A stretch of 64,000 nucleotides of DNA, from IMG/VR virus record IMGVR_UViG_3300030061_001386, positions 1 to 64,000 of that record; one strand, 5' to 3'. This DNA is from a virus (taxonomy: Duplodnaviria > Caudoviricetes). Made by a program: the position numbers and the translations under genes. Shown here one piece after another: positions 47,291 through 56,727 of this stretch. How positions within the stretch are numbered: position 1 is the stretch's first letter; each line of letters starts with the position of its first letter. The notes under the pieces are model-generated. The model saw nothing but the letters and a program-made list of their open reading frames with translations, had not been told where the DNA came from and ran no database searches.

Positions 47291-47542
47291 ATGAAAATGA
47301 TAAAACAAGAAACTAATGTAGAGTTTAGGATGGTAAATGATGATGAAATGCCACCTATGGTAATAACGATGAATGATAATGATGAAGTTAAGGTAGTACT
47401 TAACCAACGCTTTTTAATTTGGCTATCGCTGAATAGAAAGACAATTGGTGGTTTACCTGAAGCACTGTATGGTAATATAGACATGCTTCTAGATGGATTC
47501 TTGAGAGAACAGAGAAACAACGAAAGGATGGATTTAGAATGA
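47291..47542 (+). CDS. Hypothetical protein
   Basis: GGAGG upstream; ATGA overlap with the next gene. Confidence 0.55.
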   Translation: MKMIKQETNVEFRMVNDDEMPPMVITMNDNDEVKVVLNQRFLIWLSLNRKTIGGLPEALYGNIDMLLDGFLREQRNNERMDLE

Positions 47543-47775
47543 GTGACGATATTAAAGATGATATTAAAGAGTTAACTGAGAAAATAACCACAGCAGTAGG
47601 TTTCCCTACACAAATAGCAACTGAATGTATGGAGCATCTTATCAAAATTGATGCTATGATTCAGAAAACTGCTAAAGACTCAAGACACCTAACATTAGTA
47701 ACTCTATCTAGAATACAAATGCTGATTACTGAGATGGGTGAAACTGTTCAAACCATTGGTGATTCAGATGAATGA
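47539..47775 (+). CDS. Hypothetical protein
   Basis: Coupled ORF. Confidence 0.55.
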   Translation: MSDDIKDDIKELTEKITTAVGFPTQIATECMEHLIKIDAMIQKTAKDSRHLTLVTLSRIQMLITEMGETVQTIGDSDE

Positions 47776-48946
47776 TATAGATAATGAAAGGAACTTAAAG
47801 AGAGGTAATAATTACCCTGCTTTAACTTCAAGATTGTTAGCATTGTCTGAGTCAGATGACTATGAGATAGCAAAGAAAGAATGGCGTATCACAGGTAATG
47901 TTTGGAAGAAGTCACCTATTGGAAGATATAGAGACATTATTCTAAATCATCCTAGTGGTCATCCACATAATTGTCTATGTGGTAAAGATATTGTTTATCA
48001 CTTTGAAATAGAGAACACTGTAAACAATGTTAAGGAGATTGTTGGTTCAACATGTATCAACAATTGGATGGTTCTAAGACATATGTCTGAGACACTTAAC
48101 ATTCCTATTAGTGCTATCACTGAAGAAAAGATAGAAGAATGGAAGAACGTTGCTGTTCAGACTTTGATTAGAGAAGCATGGTGGGACGATGAAGGAGAAG
48201 AGTTTACCAAACTGTTTGATGAAATCAAAGACCTAGACTTGAGGCTTAACGTTAAGAAGACAGATAAGAAGTACTATGACACTGAACTCAAAGAATACCG
48301 CCCTGTAACTTACATTAGAAAAACAGGTTCAGGTAAGTTCGGTAGGGAGGACTATCAAATGGCTTCTATTGTTTGGAGATGGAATCATCCTGATAACAAG
48401 AGAGCGCAGAGTAAGACTAGAGGTTATCCTAATGATAAGTTGTTAGGTGATATGGACTTATTTTCAATATACATTGATGACTATCTAGAACAACTAGGTG
48501 TTGAGGACAAGTATGTAGAAGACAGAAAAGCATTCCTAGAAAACTTAGACTTAGACATTAAGGATAAGATGAGTAAACTCAGAGAACATGATGTAACAGA
48601 ACGTAGGTTCATGGAAGCATGTCTATACTTTGGTTTCCCTGTTTTTGATGCGTTTGAAGATGGTATTAATTCTTGGGAACGTGGTTTTCTGAGAGATATG
48701 AAGCGATTATTCACTAGAGGAGGCGAGCCAACAGTAAAGCAAGCCGAAAGGTTAAAGGAGATTTTACTAACACGTAAGACTACCAAGGCAACAGAGCCAC
48801 AACTTAACTTTCTAAAAGGATTAGGATACAAAGGGGATATGACATTACTCACTAAACAGCAAGCATCTAAGGAGATAGAAATATTAAAAAAAACTGATGC
48901 ATGGCCGGTAGTGAGAAAAGGTACATGGAGGGAAGTTCATGAGTAA
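47768..48946 (+). CDS. Hypothetical protein with an N-terminal Zn-binding domain
   Basis: CLCG...I...F.I.N...IVGSTCI; C-terminal ATEPQLNFL...ASKEI helical repeat. Confidence 0.6.
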   Translation: MNDIDNERNLKRGNNYPALTSRLLALSESDDYEIAKKEWRITGNVWKKSPIGRYRDIILNHPSGHPHNCLCGKDIVYHFEIENTVNNVKEIVGSTCINNWMVLRHMSETLNIPISAITEEKIEEWKNVAVQTLIREAWWDDEGEEFTKLFDEIKDLDLRLNVKKTDKKYYDTELKEYRPVTYIRKTGSGKFGREDYQMASIVWRWNHPDNKRAQSKTRGYPNDKLLGDMDLFSIYIDDYLEQLGVEDKYVEDRKAFLENLDLDIKDKMSKLREHDVTERRFMEACLYFGFPVFDAFEDGINSWERGFLRDMKRLFTRGGEPTVKQAERLKEILLTRKTTKATEPQLNFLKGLGYKGDMTLLTKQQASKEIEILKKTDAWPVVRKGTWREVHE

Positions 48947-49211
48947 GAAGAATAAAGAAACAAAAGAAGAAACTGAAGTAACAGAAGAAGTAGTGGTGGA
49001 GCAAACACCCGTAAACACATTGCAAGAAGATTTCAATCGTCTTCTAGAGTATGCTAAAGGTTTAGAAGGAACTATTCAAGCATTCAGACAGAAGGTTGAA
49101 GTTTACGAGTCAATGCAGATACAACTCCTTGGTGATAAGAAGGAATTAAAATCCTACATTTCATCATTAGAGAACACGCTTAACCAAGCAAGACAGTCAA
49201 CAGAGTCTTAA
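48939..49211 (+). CDS. Coiled-coil protein
   Basis: Heptad pattern. Confidence 0.55.
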   Translation: MSKKNKETKEETEVTEEVVVEQTPVNTLQEDFNRLLEYAKGLEGTIQAFRQKVEVYESMQIQLLGDKKELKSYISSLENTLNQARQSTES

Positions 49212-49244
49212 AAATAGTTGAATAAAAAAAAAGAGGTAATGAAA

Positions 49245-49445
49245 ATGAAATTGCGAATAATGAATGAAACAGGCCACACTGAACTAGAAGTATCTAGTGC
49301 AGAGATGATTGAGCAGATAGCAGAACACCCAACTCATTGGGTTTATGTTAACGGTGATATGGTAAGCAGACAGAACATAACCAACATAGATTGGTCAACT
49401 GTTGATAATGTGAACCTAGTCCCTGCTATTGTCGGCGGCTATTAA
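49245..49445 (+). CDS. Ubiquitin-like (beta-grasp, ThiS/MoaD/SAMP-like) protein ending GG-Y
   Basis: 66 aa; WVYVNG...VDNVNLVPAIVGG closely follows the ThiS/MoaD C-terminal pattern; one residue masks the di-Gly. Confidence 0.75.
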   Translation: MKLRIMNETGHTELEVSSAEMIEQIAEHPTHWVYVNGDMVSRQNITNIDWSTVDNVNLVPAIVGGY

Positions 49446-49611
49446 TTCGATAAATAAAACAAGTCGGATTTTCAAGAAACCCCTTGTGGTATATACACTT
49501 GGGAGATAACTACTATATGCTGTATCACGCACGTTTGTAGTCCTAGCATCGGGGCAGATGTCAAGTAGGTGAAATGCCTACTAAAAACACTTATTAAAGG
49601 AGAGAAGGAAA

Positions 49612-51513
49612 ATGAAATTAGGAAATGAAGTACTAGCAGAAACCGTAGAGAATATGAAGTATGCTAAGTGGCTAGAAACAGAACAACGAAAAGAAACATG
49701 GGATGAGATTTGCGATAGAAATCGGGATATGCATCTTAAACATATTAAACAAAAATTAGACTTAGATACAGATAATTCTGTTGTTGTTGCAACTAAATTA
49801 TATGAAGTGTATGAAGACTTTGTTAAGACTCGAAAGATACTTCCATCAATGCGTTCAATGCAGTTTGGCGGAAAGCCAATAGAAGTATCTCCAAATAGAA
49901 TATACAATTGTGCATTCTTACCAGTAGATAGTACGCTATCTTTTAGTGAAGCAATGTTCTTACTATTAGGTGGAACAGGAGTTGGCTTCTCGGTACAGAA
50001 ACATCACATTGACAAACTACCTGTTGTTAGAAAGCCTAGTACTGAAAGAACTTACAGATACAAAGTAGCAGACACAATAGAAGGTTGGGCTGAAGCGATT
50101 AGAGTACTCTTTGATAGTTACACAGGTAAGAGAACAACCATGCCTAGATTCGACTATTCTGATGTTAGACCTAAAGGTGCTAGACTCAAAACAACAGGTG
50201 GAAATGCACCCGGCCCTGAACCACTAAAGAAATGTATTGTTATCATTCAAGGAATGTTCAACGAGATGGAAGAAGGTCATAAGATTAAACCAATCGAAGC
50301 ACATGATATGATGTGCTATATTGCTGATACTGTTTTATCAGGCGGTATTCGCCGTTCTGCTTTAATCAGTTTATTCAGTGCTGATGATAGAGAGATGATT
50401 AATGCTAAAGCAGGTAACTTTGCAGAAGAAGGTAATGCTCAAAGATATAGAGCAAACAATTCAGCAGTTGTATTAAGGCATAGAGTTACTGAAGATTTCT
50501 TCAAAGAACTAATGTCTAATGTTGCTAATAGTTTCTCAGGCGAACCCGGAGTTTATCTAACCAATGACAAAGATTGGGGTACAAATCCTTGTGTAGAAAT
50601 TGGACTACGCCCGTATCAGTTCTGCAATCTTTGCGAGGTTAATGTATCCAATATTGAAAATGAAAATGATTTACTACAACGTGTAGAAGCGGCTACATTC
50701 TTAGGAACAGTACAAGCAACATATACTGACTTTCATTATCTTAGAGAAGTTTGGAGAAGAAACACCGAGAAAGACGCTCTTATTGGTATTGGTATGACAG
50801 GTATTGCTAGTAACAAAGTAGAAGGTTCTTGGTATAATAAAGCGGCAATGTTAGTTAAGACAACTAATGCTACTTACGCTAAGATGCTTGGTATTAACGA
50901 AGCCGCTAGAACTACATGCGTTAAACCCGCAGGAACAACTAGTTGTGTTTTAGGTACTTCTAGTGGTATTCATGCATGGTATGGTAAGTACTACATTAGG
51001 TCAGTTCGTGTAGGTAAGAGTGAAGCAATTTATCCTTACTTGTTAGACAAACTTCCTGATTTGGTTGAAGATGAAATAGGTAAAGAGGATGAGAGTGCAG
51101 TACTGTCTATACCACAAACTATTCCATACGACTATGTGACTACAAGAGCAGATGAAACTGCTTTGGAGATGTTAGAACGAGTAAAGTTTGTTTCTGAGAA
51201 TTGGGTTAAAACAGGTCATCGTAGAGGAAACAATGGTCACAATGTTTCAGCAACTGTTTTTGTTAAACCAACAGAATGGAAAGAAGTAACTCAATGGTTA
51301 TGGGATAATAGACATTCATACAATGGTATGTCTTTCCTACCTTATGATGGAGGAGAATACCCACAAGCCCCATTCGAAGAAATAGATGAAGAAAGATATA
51401 ACGAAATGGTCAAAAAACTACATCCAATAGATTTGACTGAAGTAGTAGAATTGGAGGATACCACCAACCTTCAGGGCGAAATAGCCTGTGCAGGTGGAGC
51501 ATGTGAAGTATAG
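49612..51513 (+). CDS. nrdJ: Class II (B12-dependent) ribonucleotide reductase
   Basis: YNCAF, TNPCVEI (NPCxE), FCNL, TCVKPAGT, C-terminal CAGGAC; no class I beta subunit nearby. Confidence 0.9.
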   Translation: MKLGNEVLAETVENMKYAKWLETEQRKETWDEICDRNRDMHLKHIKQKLDLDTDNSVVVATKLYEVYEDFVKTRKILPSMRSMQFGGKPIEVSPNRIYNCAFLPVDSTLSFSEAMFLLLGGTGVGFSVQKHHIDKLPVVRKPSTERTYRYKVADTIEGWAEAIRVLFDSYTGKRTTMPRFDYSDVRPKGARLKTTGGNAPGPEPLKKCIVIIQGMFNEMEEGHKIKPIEAHDMMCYIADTVLSGGIRRSALISLFSADDREMINAKAGNFAEEGNAQRYRANNSAVVLRHRVTEDFFKELMSNVANSFSGEPGVYLTNDKDWGTNPCVEIGLRPYQFCNLCEVNVSNIENENDLLQRVEAATFLGTVQATYTDFHYLREVWRRNTEKDALIGIGMTGIASNKVEGSWYNKAAMLVKTTNATYAKMLGINEAARTTCVKPAGTTSCVLGTSSGIHAWYGKYYIRSVRVGKSEAIYPYLLDKLPDLVEDEIGKEDESAVLSIPQTIPYDYVTTRADETALEMLERVKFVSENWVKTGHRRGNNGHNVSATVFVKPTEWKEVTQWLWDNRHSYNGMSFLPYDGGEYPQAPFEEIDEERYNEMVKKLHPIDLTEVVELEDTTNLQGEIACAGGACEV

Positions 51514-51837
51514 ATGTTAATTAAAGAAAAAGATTTCCTTAACTTTGAGTATGTTATTAGGACTAGTGTAACTATCCCTCAAAGGGTTTGGTTAGATAAG
51601 AGTTTCAAACTATACAAGAGTGGTAATCTCAGATACAGTAAGTTGTATTATTCTATGGAACGTGCTGTTGTAGGAGGGCATAGTTCTTTCAAATCAATGG
51701 AAGAACTTGCCTCTCACATAGAAAGAGACGCATGGTATTTACACAATTATGGTGATGCCAAACATTGGGAAAAAGAAAATAAAAAGGTGAATAAAAATGG
51801 TAAAAATAAAAGTAATAATTCCCTCAGTGGGAGATGA
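51514..51837 (+). CDS. Hypothetical protein
   Basis: ORF abutting nrdJ. Confidence 0.5.
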   Translation: MLIKEKDFLNFEYVIRTSVTIPQRVWLDKSFKLYKSGNLRYSKLYYSMERAVVGGHSSFKSMEELASHIERDAWYLHNYGDAKHWEKENKKVNKNGKNKSNNSLSGR

Positions 51838-53113
51838 CACAAGAAATTACACAACTAGTAGTTTTTTATTGAGGTCTTCAAAGAAACAATTGTTTCGTAG
51901 TATTTGGACTCCAAATCCCCCAACACATACAAATAAGTTTAGAACTCATAGAAATAGTGTAAATCAATTTGGGGAATTACAGTGGCAAGTAACTAGGCCA
52001 AGTCTATCAAATGTTAGAGGTGAACAAGACCCTATACTAACAAAAACTTCTACACTAATATCTAACACATTGTTAACTAAAGTACAGAATGAAAACTTCT
52101 TGAACACTATGACTTTCAAATACCATAACGGTGAAAGCATTATTGTTTATGGTCGAAAAGGTAGTGGACACCATATTGATGGAGTTAGGGTAAGTAAGAA
52201 AGACCTCGCAGTTGTTCTATCCAAGATAATAATACGTGGTGCGTTTGTAAGAGACGTACTTGTAATGGATGATTATATTGAAAAGGTTGTTCACTATCCA
52301 CCTAATGTTCTTCATGCTATTGAGAATAGAAGTAATTACAACTTTTATCATGTAGGTGAAAAGCATGAGGTGTTGATTAACACTAAAGTTATCAGTGAGA
52401 CTGAATGTGCATTAGAGATTTCAGAAGGTGTTTGGGGTGCTATTACTCTTAAGGATTTGAATGTCTTCATTAATACATTTAGATTTGGTCAATCAAAGTC
52501 CAAAACTTGGTACAGAGCAGACCCCTCAAAACTATGGCGATTACTAATGGGTAATATGCCTAGTCCAACAGAACTAAAGTTATGTGTAGCATGGTTAATG
52601 CAAAACAGAAAGCAGAATATGGTTGAAGACAGAGCAACAAAACTACTACATGATATGGATGCTGAATACCCAAACATTAGATTGGTTCAATTCAGAAACC
52701 CAATGAACAAGGCTCTATTCGTTAGAGGTAAAGTTGCTGATTGGGTTGTTGTTGATGAGAGGAAAGGTATGAAACTTGGTCATCAGAATGTTAACACATA
52801 CTTGATTAATGGTAAAGATTCAGACAATTCTAAAACTTGGAAAGGTCATTCACTCACTGGGCCAATATGTATTGATAATATCCATAGGAACTCAAGCATT
52901 GGCGACCAACTAACTGCTAGAGCATTAGCACTAATGAATGATGAAACATCTGCCAAGAGTATCTATACTATTGTTGATTACGTGAAGAAAGCATCTGAAA
53001 GAAACTTAGTAAACCCTGATAATTACCGTATGGATATGTCCAAACTAAACTCTTGGTCTAAACAGAAAGAACAGGACTATGCGGCAAAGAAAGCATTGGA
53101 GGCTAAAGCGTGA
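51797..53113 (+). CDS. Hypothetical protein with a candidate E2/UBC-like C-terminal domain
   Basis: HQNV (H329)...GPICIDNI (C358) echoes the E2 HPN...G.ICL signature but with longer spacing; context next to E1, JAB and Ubl genes. Confidence 0.4.
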   Translation: MVKIKVIIPSVGDDTRNYTTSSFLLRSSKKQLFRSIWTPNPPTHTNKFRTHRNSVNQFGELQWQVTRPSLSNVRGEQDPILTKTSTLISNTLLTKVQNENFLNTMTFKYHNGESIIVYGRKGSGHHIDGVRVSKKDLAVVLSKIIIRGAFVRDVLVMDDYIEKVVHYPPNVLHAIENRSNYNFYHVGEKHEVLINTKVISETECALEISEGVWGAITLKDLNVFINTFRFGQSKSKTWYRADPSKLWRLLMGNMPSPTELKLCVAWLMQNRKQNMVEDRATKLLHDMDAEYPNIRLVQFRNPMNKALFVRGKVADWVVVDERKGMKLGHQNVNTYLINGKDSDNSKTWKGHSLTGPICIDNIHRNSSIGDQLTARALALMNDETSAKSIYTIVDYVKKASERNLVNPDNYRMDMSKLNSWSKQKEQDYAAKKALEAKA

Positions 53114-53988
53114 AGTGTATGGAGTGTGGCTCAACTGAATCATCGTTTGATGATAGGTTGGGCTACCACATATGTTCTGATTGTGGTCTTGTGCTTAATG
53201 TCGAGATATTCGAGGAAACATCTAGTGCAATGGAATCAGATTCTAAATATGCTATGGGCAGTACAATACAATTCGGTAATAGAAGTAAAACGTCTGTAAA
53301 ACATAGTCTAAGACTCAACCATATTAAGACTGAGGCAAAGAGTAAGTTTTGGTCAGAAGGAGATATAGCAACTCACAATACATGTATGATGTATCTATCT
53401 CCTTACAAACCGTATAAACTCTCATTAAGAAGAGAGGTAGAACACTACTATCAAGAGTTACAACGAAATAGAGTATTAGTTGGTCTACCAATAGAAGTTA
53501 GAGCGGCAGGTTTAGCATACTTCATTCTAAAGGATGAAAGTATTTTCGTATCGCTCAAGTCTTTACAGAAAACAACAGGAGTTCATAGAAGTAAGATAAT
53601 GAGGGCTTCTAAAAAGATAGCCAAGTTCTATCGTAAGTCTCATATCTTTGGTGTTAGAAACGTTCATGATGTAGTGACTGTATGTTTAGATAAGTCAGGG
53701 GCAGATATCAAAGACAGAAAACCTGTTTATACATTCGTTGACTATGTATCTAACTATTATGAAACTGTTAACGTTAGAGTGGGTAATGGTGAAATCGCAG
53801 GAGCAGTATATATTGCATGTAAAATGTTAGATTACCCTGTATTACAGAGAGAACTAGCATCAACAGTCAATATTAGTGAAGTAACATTAAGAATACACAT
53901 AAAAAAAATATGTGAACTAATACAGATAGAAAGAACTATCTTGAATAAATATAATGTAAATAAAATAATTGGAGGAATAAGAGAATGA
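53110..53988 (+). CDS. tfb: Transcription initiation factor B (TFIIB/TFB) homologue
   Basis: N-terminal Zn ribbon CMEC...ICSDCGLV; two cyclin repeats (AAGLAYF; IAGAVYIAC...QRELA...ISEVTLR). Confidence 0.85.
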   Translation: MKCMECGSTESSFDDRLGYHICSDCGLVLNVEIFEETSSAMESDSKYAMGSTIQFGNRSKTSVKHSLRLNHIKTEAKSKFWSEGDIATHNTCMMYLSPYKPYKLSLRREVEHYYQELQRNRVLVGLPIEVRAAGLAYFILKDESIFVSLKSLQKTTGVHRSKIMRASKKIAKFYRKSHIFGVRNVHDVVTVCLDKSGADIKDRKPVYTFVDYVSNYYETVNVRVGNGEIAGAVYIACKMLDYPVLQRELASTVNISEVTLRIHIKKICELIQIERTILNKYNVNKIIGGIRE

Positions 53989-54575
53989 GAAAAGTAATGA
54001 TAATAGGAACAGGTGGAATTGGAAGTTATTTAGTTGACTTCCTATCGAGAATTGGTATTTATGACATAACAGTATTTGATGACGATAAGTTAGAAGAGAA
54101 GAATCTAACATATCAAAACTTCATGGCGGATATGGTAGGGCAGACAAAGGTTAATGCTCTCAATAATAGATTGAAGGTAAATGGGTTAAAACCTGTAAAG
54201 CCTCAACCGTATCAAGTATTAGTAGAGAAGCAATTGAAAGGGTATGACCTAGTAGTTTGTTGTGCTGATAACCTAGCAGTAAGGCGATTATTATATCGTC
54301 AAGGTTATGGTGATGATGCTAAAACTAAGTGGTTAGACTTGAGAGCGCAAGGCCGTAATGCGGCATTAATCTCTTACAAGGTTAACGCTAATCTCGTTGA
54401 TGATTTGTTAGCAGGTGCAGAAGGTTCATTCAGTTGTCAAGGCGGAGATTGGGATGGTAGTCCTGAACAAGTAAACTGTATGCAAGTTGCAATTGCAGGT
54501 ATTGCAGTACAGTGGATTCAAAGATGGTGGCAAGACAATGAGAACGTTGCTGATAAAATGGTGGTGAATGTTTGA
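53985..54575 (+). CDS. E1-like ThiF/MoeB-family adenylating enzyme
   Basis: IIGTGGIGS, FDDD, NLTYQ, TKV, VVCCADN...R; candidate catalytic Cys in FSCQ. Confidence 0.88.
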   Translation: MRKVMIIGTGGIGSYLVDFLSRIGIYDITVFDDDKLEEKNLTYQNFMADMVGQTKVNALNNRLKVNGLKPVKPQPYQVLVEKQLKGYDLVVCCADNLAVRRLLYRQGYGDDAKTKWLDLRAQGRNAALISYKVNANLVDDLLAGAEGSFSCQGGDWDGSPEQVNCMQVAIAGIAVQWIQRWWQDNENVADKMVVNV

Positions 54576-54802
54576 GAGCCGCTTCTAAGATACATGTCGA
54601 GTATGAAGTACTGAAGCATCTTATGGATAGAATAGACTTAACAGAATTAGAAGAGAAGATGTGTCCTTCAGGTGACAAGACAGCAGAGAAAAGATTCTTG
54701 GATGGGGCTGACTCTGTTTCTTCTCTTATCAATAATATGATGAGTAGAAGATTACATAGATTACCAAAGACACATTCTGCATACAAGGAGAAAGGAGAAT
54801 GA
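54572..54802 (+). CDS. Hypothetical protein
   Basis: Coupled to the E1 gene (TTGA overlap). Confidence 0.5.
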   Translation: MRAASKIHVEYEVLKHLMDRIDLTELEEKMCPSGDKTAEKRFLDGADSVSSLINNMMSRRLHRLPKTHSAYKEKGE

Positions 54803-55071
54803 AATACATCTGCTTTTCAATATTAGGAAAGACTCTTTGTGGTAAAGAGGATGAGCCTGTTCCCGAACACTTGGCAGATAGCAGAAGGTTCTGCAATGAC
54901 TGTGTTCAAGTAATGTGGAGAGAACAGTACAGGCGAAGAATAAAGAGTGGTGTAAGTGCTTTTAGTAAAACTACAACAGTAGTAGAATCTAAAACAGAAA
55001 CCAAGGTCGAGAGTAAACAAATACTCAGGCCAATAAAAACATTAAGACATTATATGAAGGTGAAAATATGA
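54799..55071 (+). CDS. Small Cys-containing (Zn-binding?) protein
   Basis: C...LCG...FCNDC. Confidence 0.5.
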   Translation: MKYICFSILGKTLCGKEDEPVPEHLADSRRFCNDCVQVMWREQYRRRIKSGVSAFSKTTTVVESKTETKVESKQILRPIKTLRHYMKVKI

Positions 55072-55307
55072 GTGATGAAGAGAATATAGAAGACATAGAT
55101 GAACAAATGATTGACGAAGTTATGAATGTAATTTCAACAGACGGATATTACCAACAAGCAGAGATAGTAAAGGTTACTTGTCCTGTTTGTGGTGAGGAGT
55201 TCTTAGGAACTAAAAGACATGCAGGTGGATTCATTGCGGGTCATCGAGCCTATCATGAGTTTGTTAACAGTCAAGATATAATTATAGATAATATGGGGGG
55301 AATATAA
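55068..55307 (+). CDS. Small C2H2-like Zn-finger protein
   Basis: CPVC...GHRAYH. Confidence 0.55.
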   Translation: MSDEENIEDIDEQMIDEVMNVISTDGYYQQAEIVKVTCPVCGEEFLGTKRHAGGFIAGHRAYHEFVNSQDIIIDNMGGI

Positions 55308-55452
55308 TGGGAAAGATGGGAAGAAAGTTTCAAGAGATGCGTGATGATTATGAGCAAGCATTACTTGATGGAAAAATAAATGAAAGTCTAACGTTTTCTA
55401 ATTGGATTCAATTAGAGAGAGCGTCAGCAAAGAAAAATGAGGAGGAATAAAA

Positions 55453-55962
55453 ATGGAAAAAGAAGTAACAGAAAATGAAAAGGCAATGAAGGAGTTTGAT
55501 TGGAAACAGCACATAAGAGATGTGCATAATGATATGGCAGATGATATAGAATATCTCTTCCCTAACAATTCCACTGAAGCCTTCTTGACAGCAATATGGA
55601 AAATGTCAATAGATACATTAGAAGGAATGGAAGTACAAGTAATTGTTGATGATAAAGATGATTTATACATCAGTAGTGGCGACCCATCCTATGTATCATT
55701 CGAAGGACATGAAGATGAACTAGTAAACGGCGCACCGATGAGAATACCAATTAAGTGTTGGATTCACACTCATCCTTTTGGTCAGGCTTATTTCAGTTCA
55801 ACTGATTGGTCAACAATTAACACTTGGAAACCTATACTAAAGTCTGCTATTGTTCTTGGTGATAACCAATATCTAGCATTCAATCCTGAAACTATTGTAG
55901 CAAAGAAAGTTTTCTATGGGCTATTAGAACAACAGAGTTCATACAGTGGGGAAGAAGAATGA
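55453..55962 (+). CDS. JAB/MPN+ (JAMM) metalloprotease
   Basis: Upstream E (MEVQV) and WIHTHP...FSSTD, matching HxHx7Sx2D. Confidence 0.85.
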   Translation: MEKEVTENEKAMKEFDWKQHIRDVHNDMADDIEYLFPNNSTEAFLTAIWKMSIDTLEGMEVQVIVDDKDDLYISSGDPSYVSFEGHEDELVNGAPMRIPIKCWIHTHPFGQAYFSSTDWSTINTWKPILKSAIVLGDNQYLAFNPETIVAKKVFYGLLEQQSSYSGEEE

Positions 55963-56189
55963 GATTGATTAGTCTAGTAACTAATTCAGGTGTCACTACT
56001 CTAAAGGTAGATGATATTAGTGGGTATTGTGTTAATGAAGAAGCACAAGGTATGTTGAAGAAAAACACATATCTCACTGATATTCATATGATTAGTGGTA
56101 CTATATTTACTAGTCATATGACTGAAGCACAACTTCATGCGTTTGAAGATGTGATGCACGAAAGAAGGAAGGCGAAAGAAGATGAGTGA
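55959..56189 (+). CDS. Hypothetical protein
   Basis: Coupled ORF. Confidence 0.5.
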   Translation: MRLISLVTNSGVTTLKVDDISGYCVNEEAQGMLKKNTYLTDIHMISGTIFTSHMTEAQLHAFEDVMHERRKAKEDE

Positions 56190-56367
56190 AATAGAAGAGA
56201 TAGTAATAGGAAAGTTAAGGCAACGAGCCGAAATAGGTAAGAGGAAGTATAATACTACTATGGAAAGAAAAGACTTGACTCGAAAAGCATGGTTAATCCA
56301 TGCTCAGGAAGAGGCTTTGGATTTAGCAGTATATCTACAAAAATGTATAATATTGGAGGAAGAATAA
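56182..56367 (+). CDS. Small phage protein, possible all-alpha NTP pyrophosphatase-like
   Basis: G..KY..TMER.DL...WL.HAQEEALD..VYL pattern. Confidence 0.45.
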   Translation: MSEIEEIVIGKLRQRAEIGKRKYNTTMERKDLTRKAWLIHAQEEALDLAVYLQKCIILEEE

Positions 56368-56727
56368 ATGAATAGAAGAACGGGATTGATAGATAAAAAA
56401 TTGATAGAAGATGCGAATGATGTAGCGAAGAATGTTAAAACACTAGTAAAACATAACACGGAACTGTTAGACCTTGTTTGTTTTATGAGGAAAATGTTGG
56501 ATGACTGTATGATTACCAAGAATGGTATGACTGAACAGATTGATTTCTCTAACAAGAAATTAGATAGGGCATTTACTATTATGATGGAAGTACAACACGA
56601 AAAAGACATACTTAAGGAATTAAAACGCCAAGAAAAGACTGATAACCTACATGTTGAAGGGGTAATTGCATTTGATGGTGGCTCAGAGCCTACCATTGAT
56701 GCTTTTTATGACGAGGAAGAAATATGA
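56368..56727 (+). CDS. Hypothetical protein
   Basis: ORF in operon. Confidence 0.5.
   Translation: MNRRTGLIDKKLIEDANDVAKNVKTLVKHNTELLDLVCFMRKMLDDCMITKNGMTEQIDFSNKKLDRAFTIMMEVQHEKDILKELKRQEKTDNLHVEGVIAFDGGSEPTIDAFYDEEEI

Noticed and set aside
49245-54575. ThiS/ThiF as thiamine or Moco biosynthesis auxiliary genes
   Set aside because: No thiG, moaE, cysteine desulfurase or tRNA thiolase in the window; the masked GG and the JAB partner fit a processed Ubl better. Not fully excluded, because the rest of the genome is unseen.
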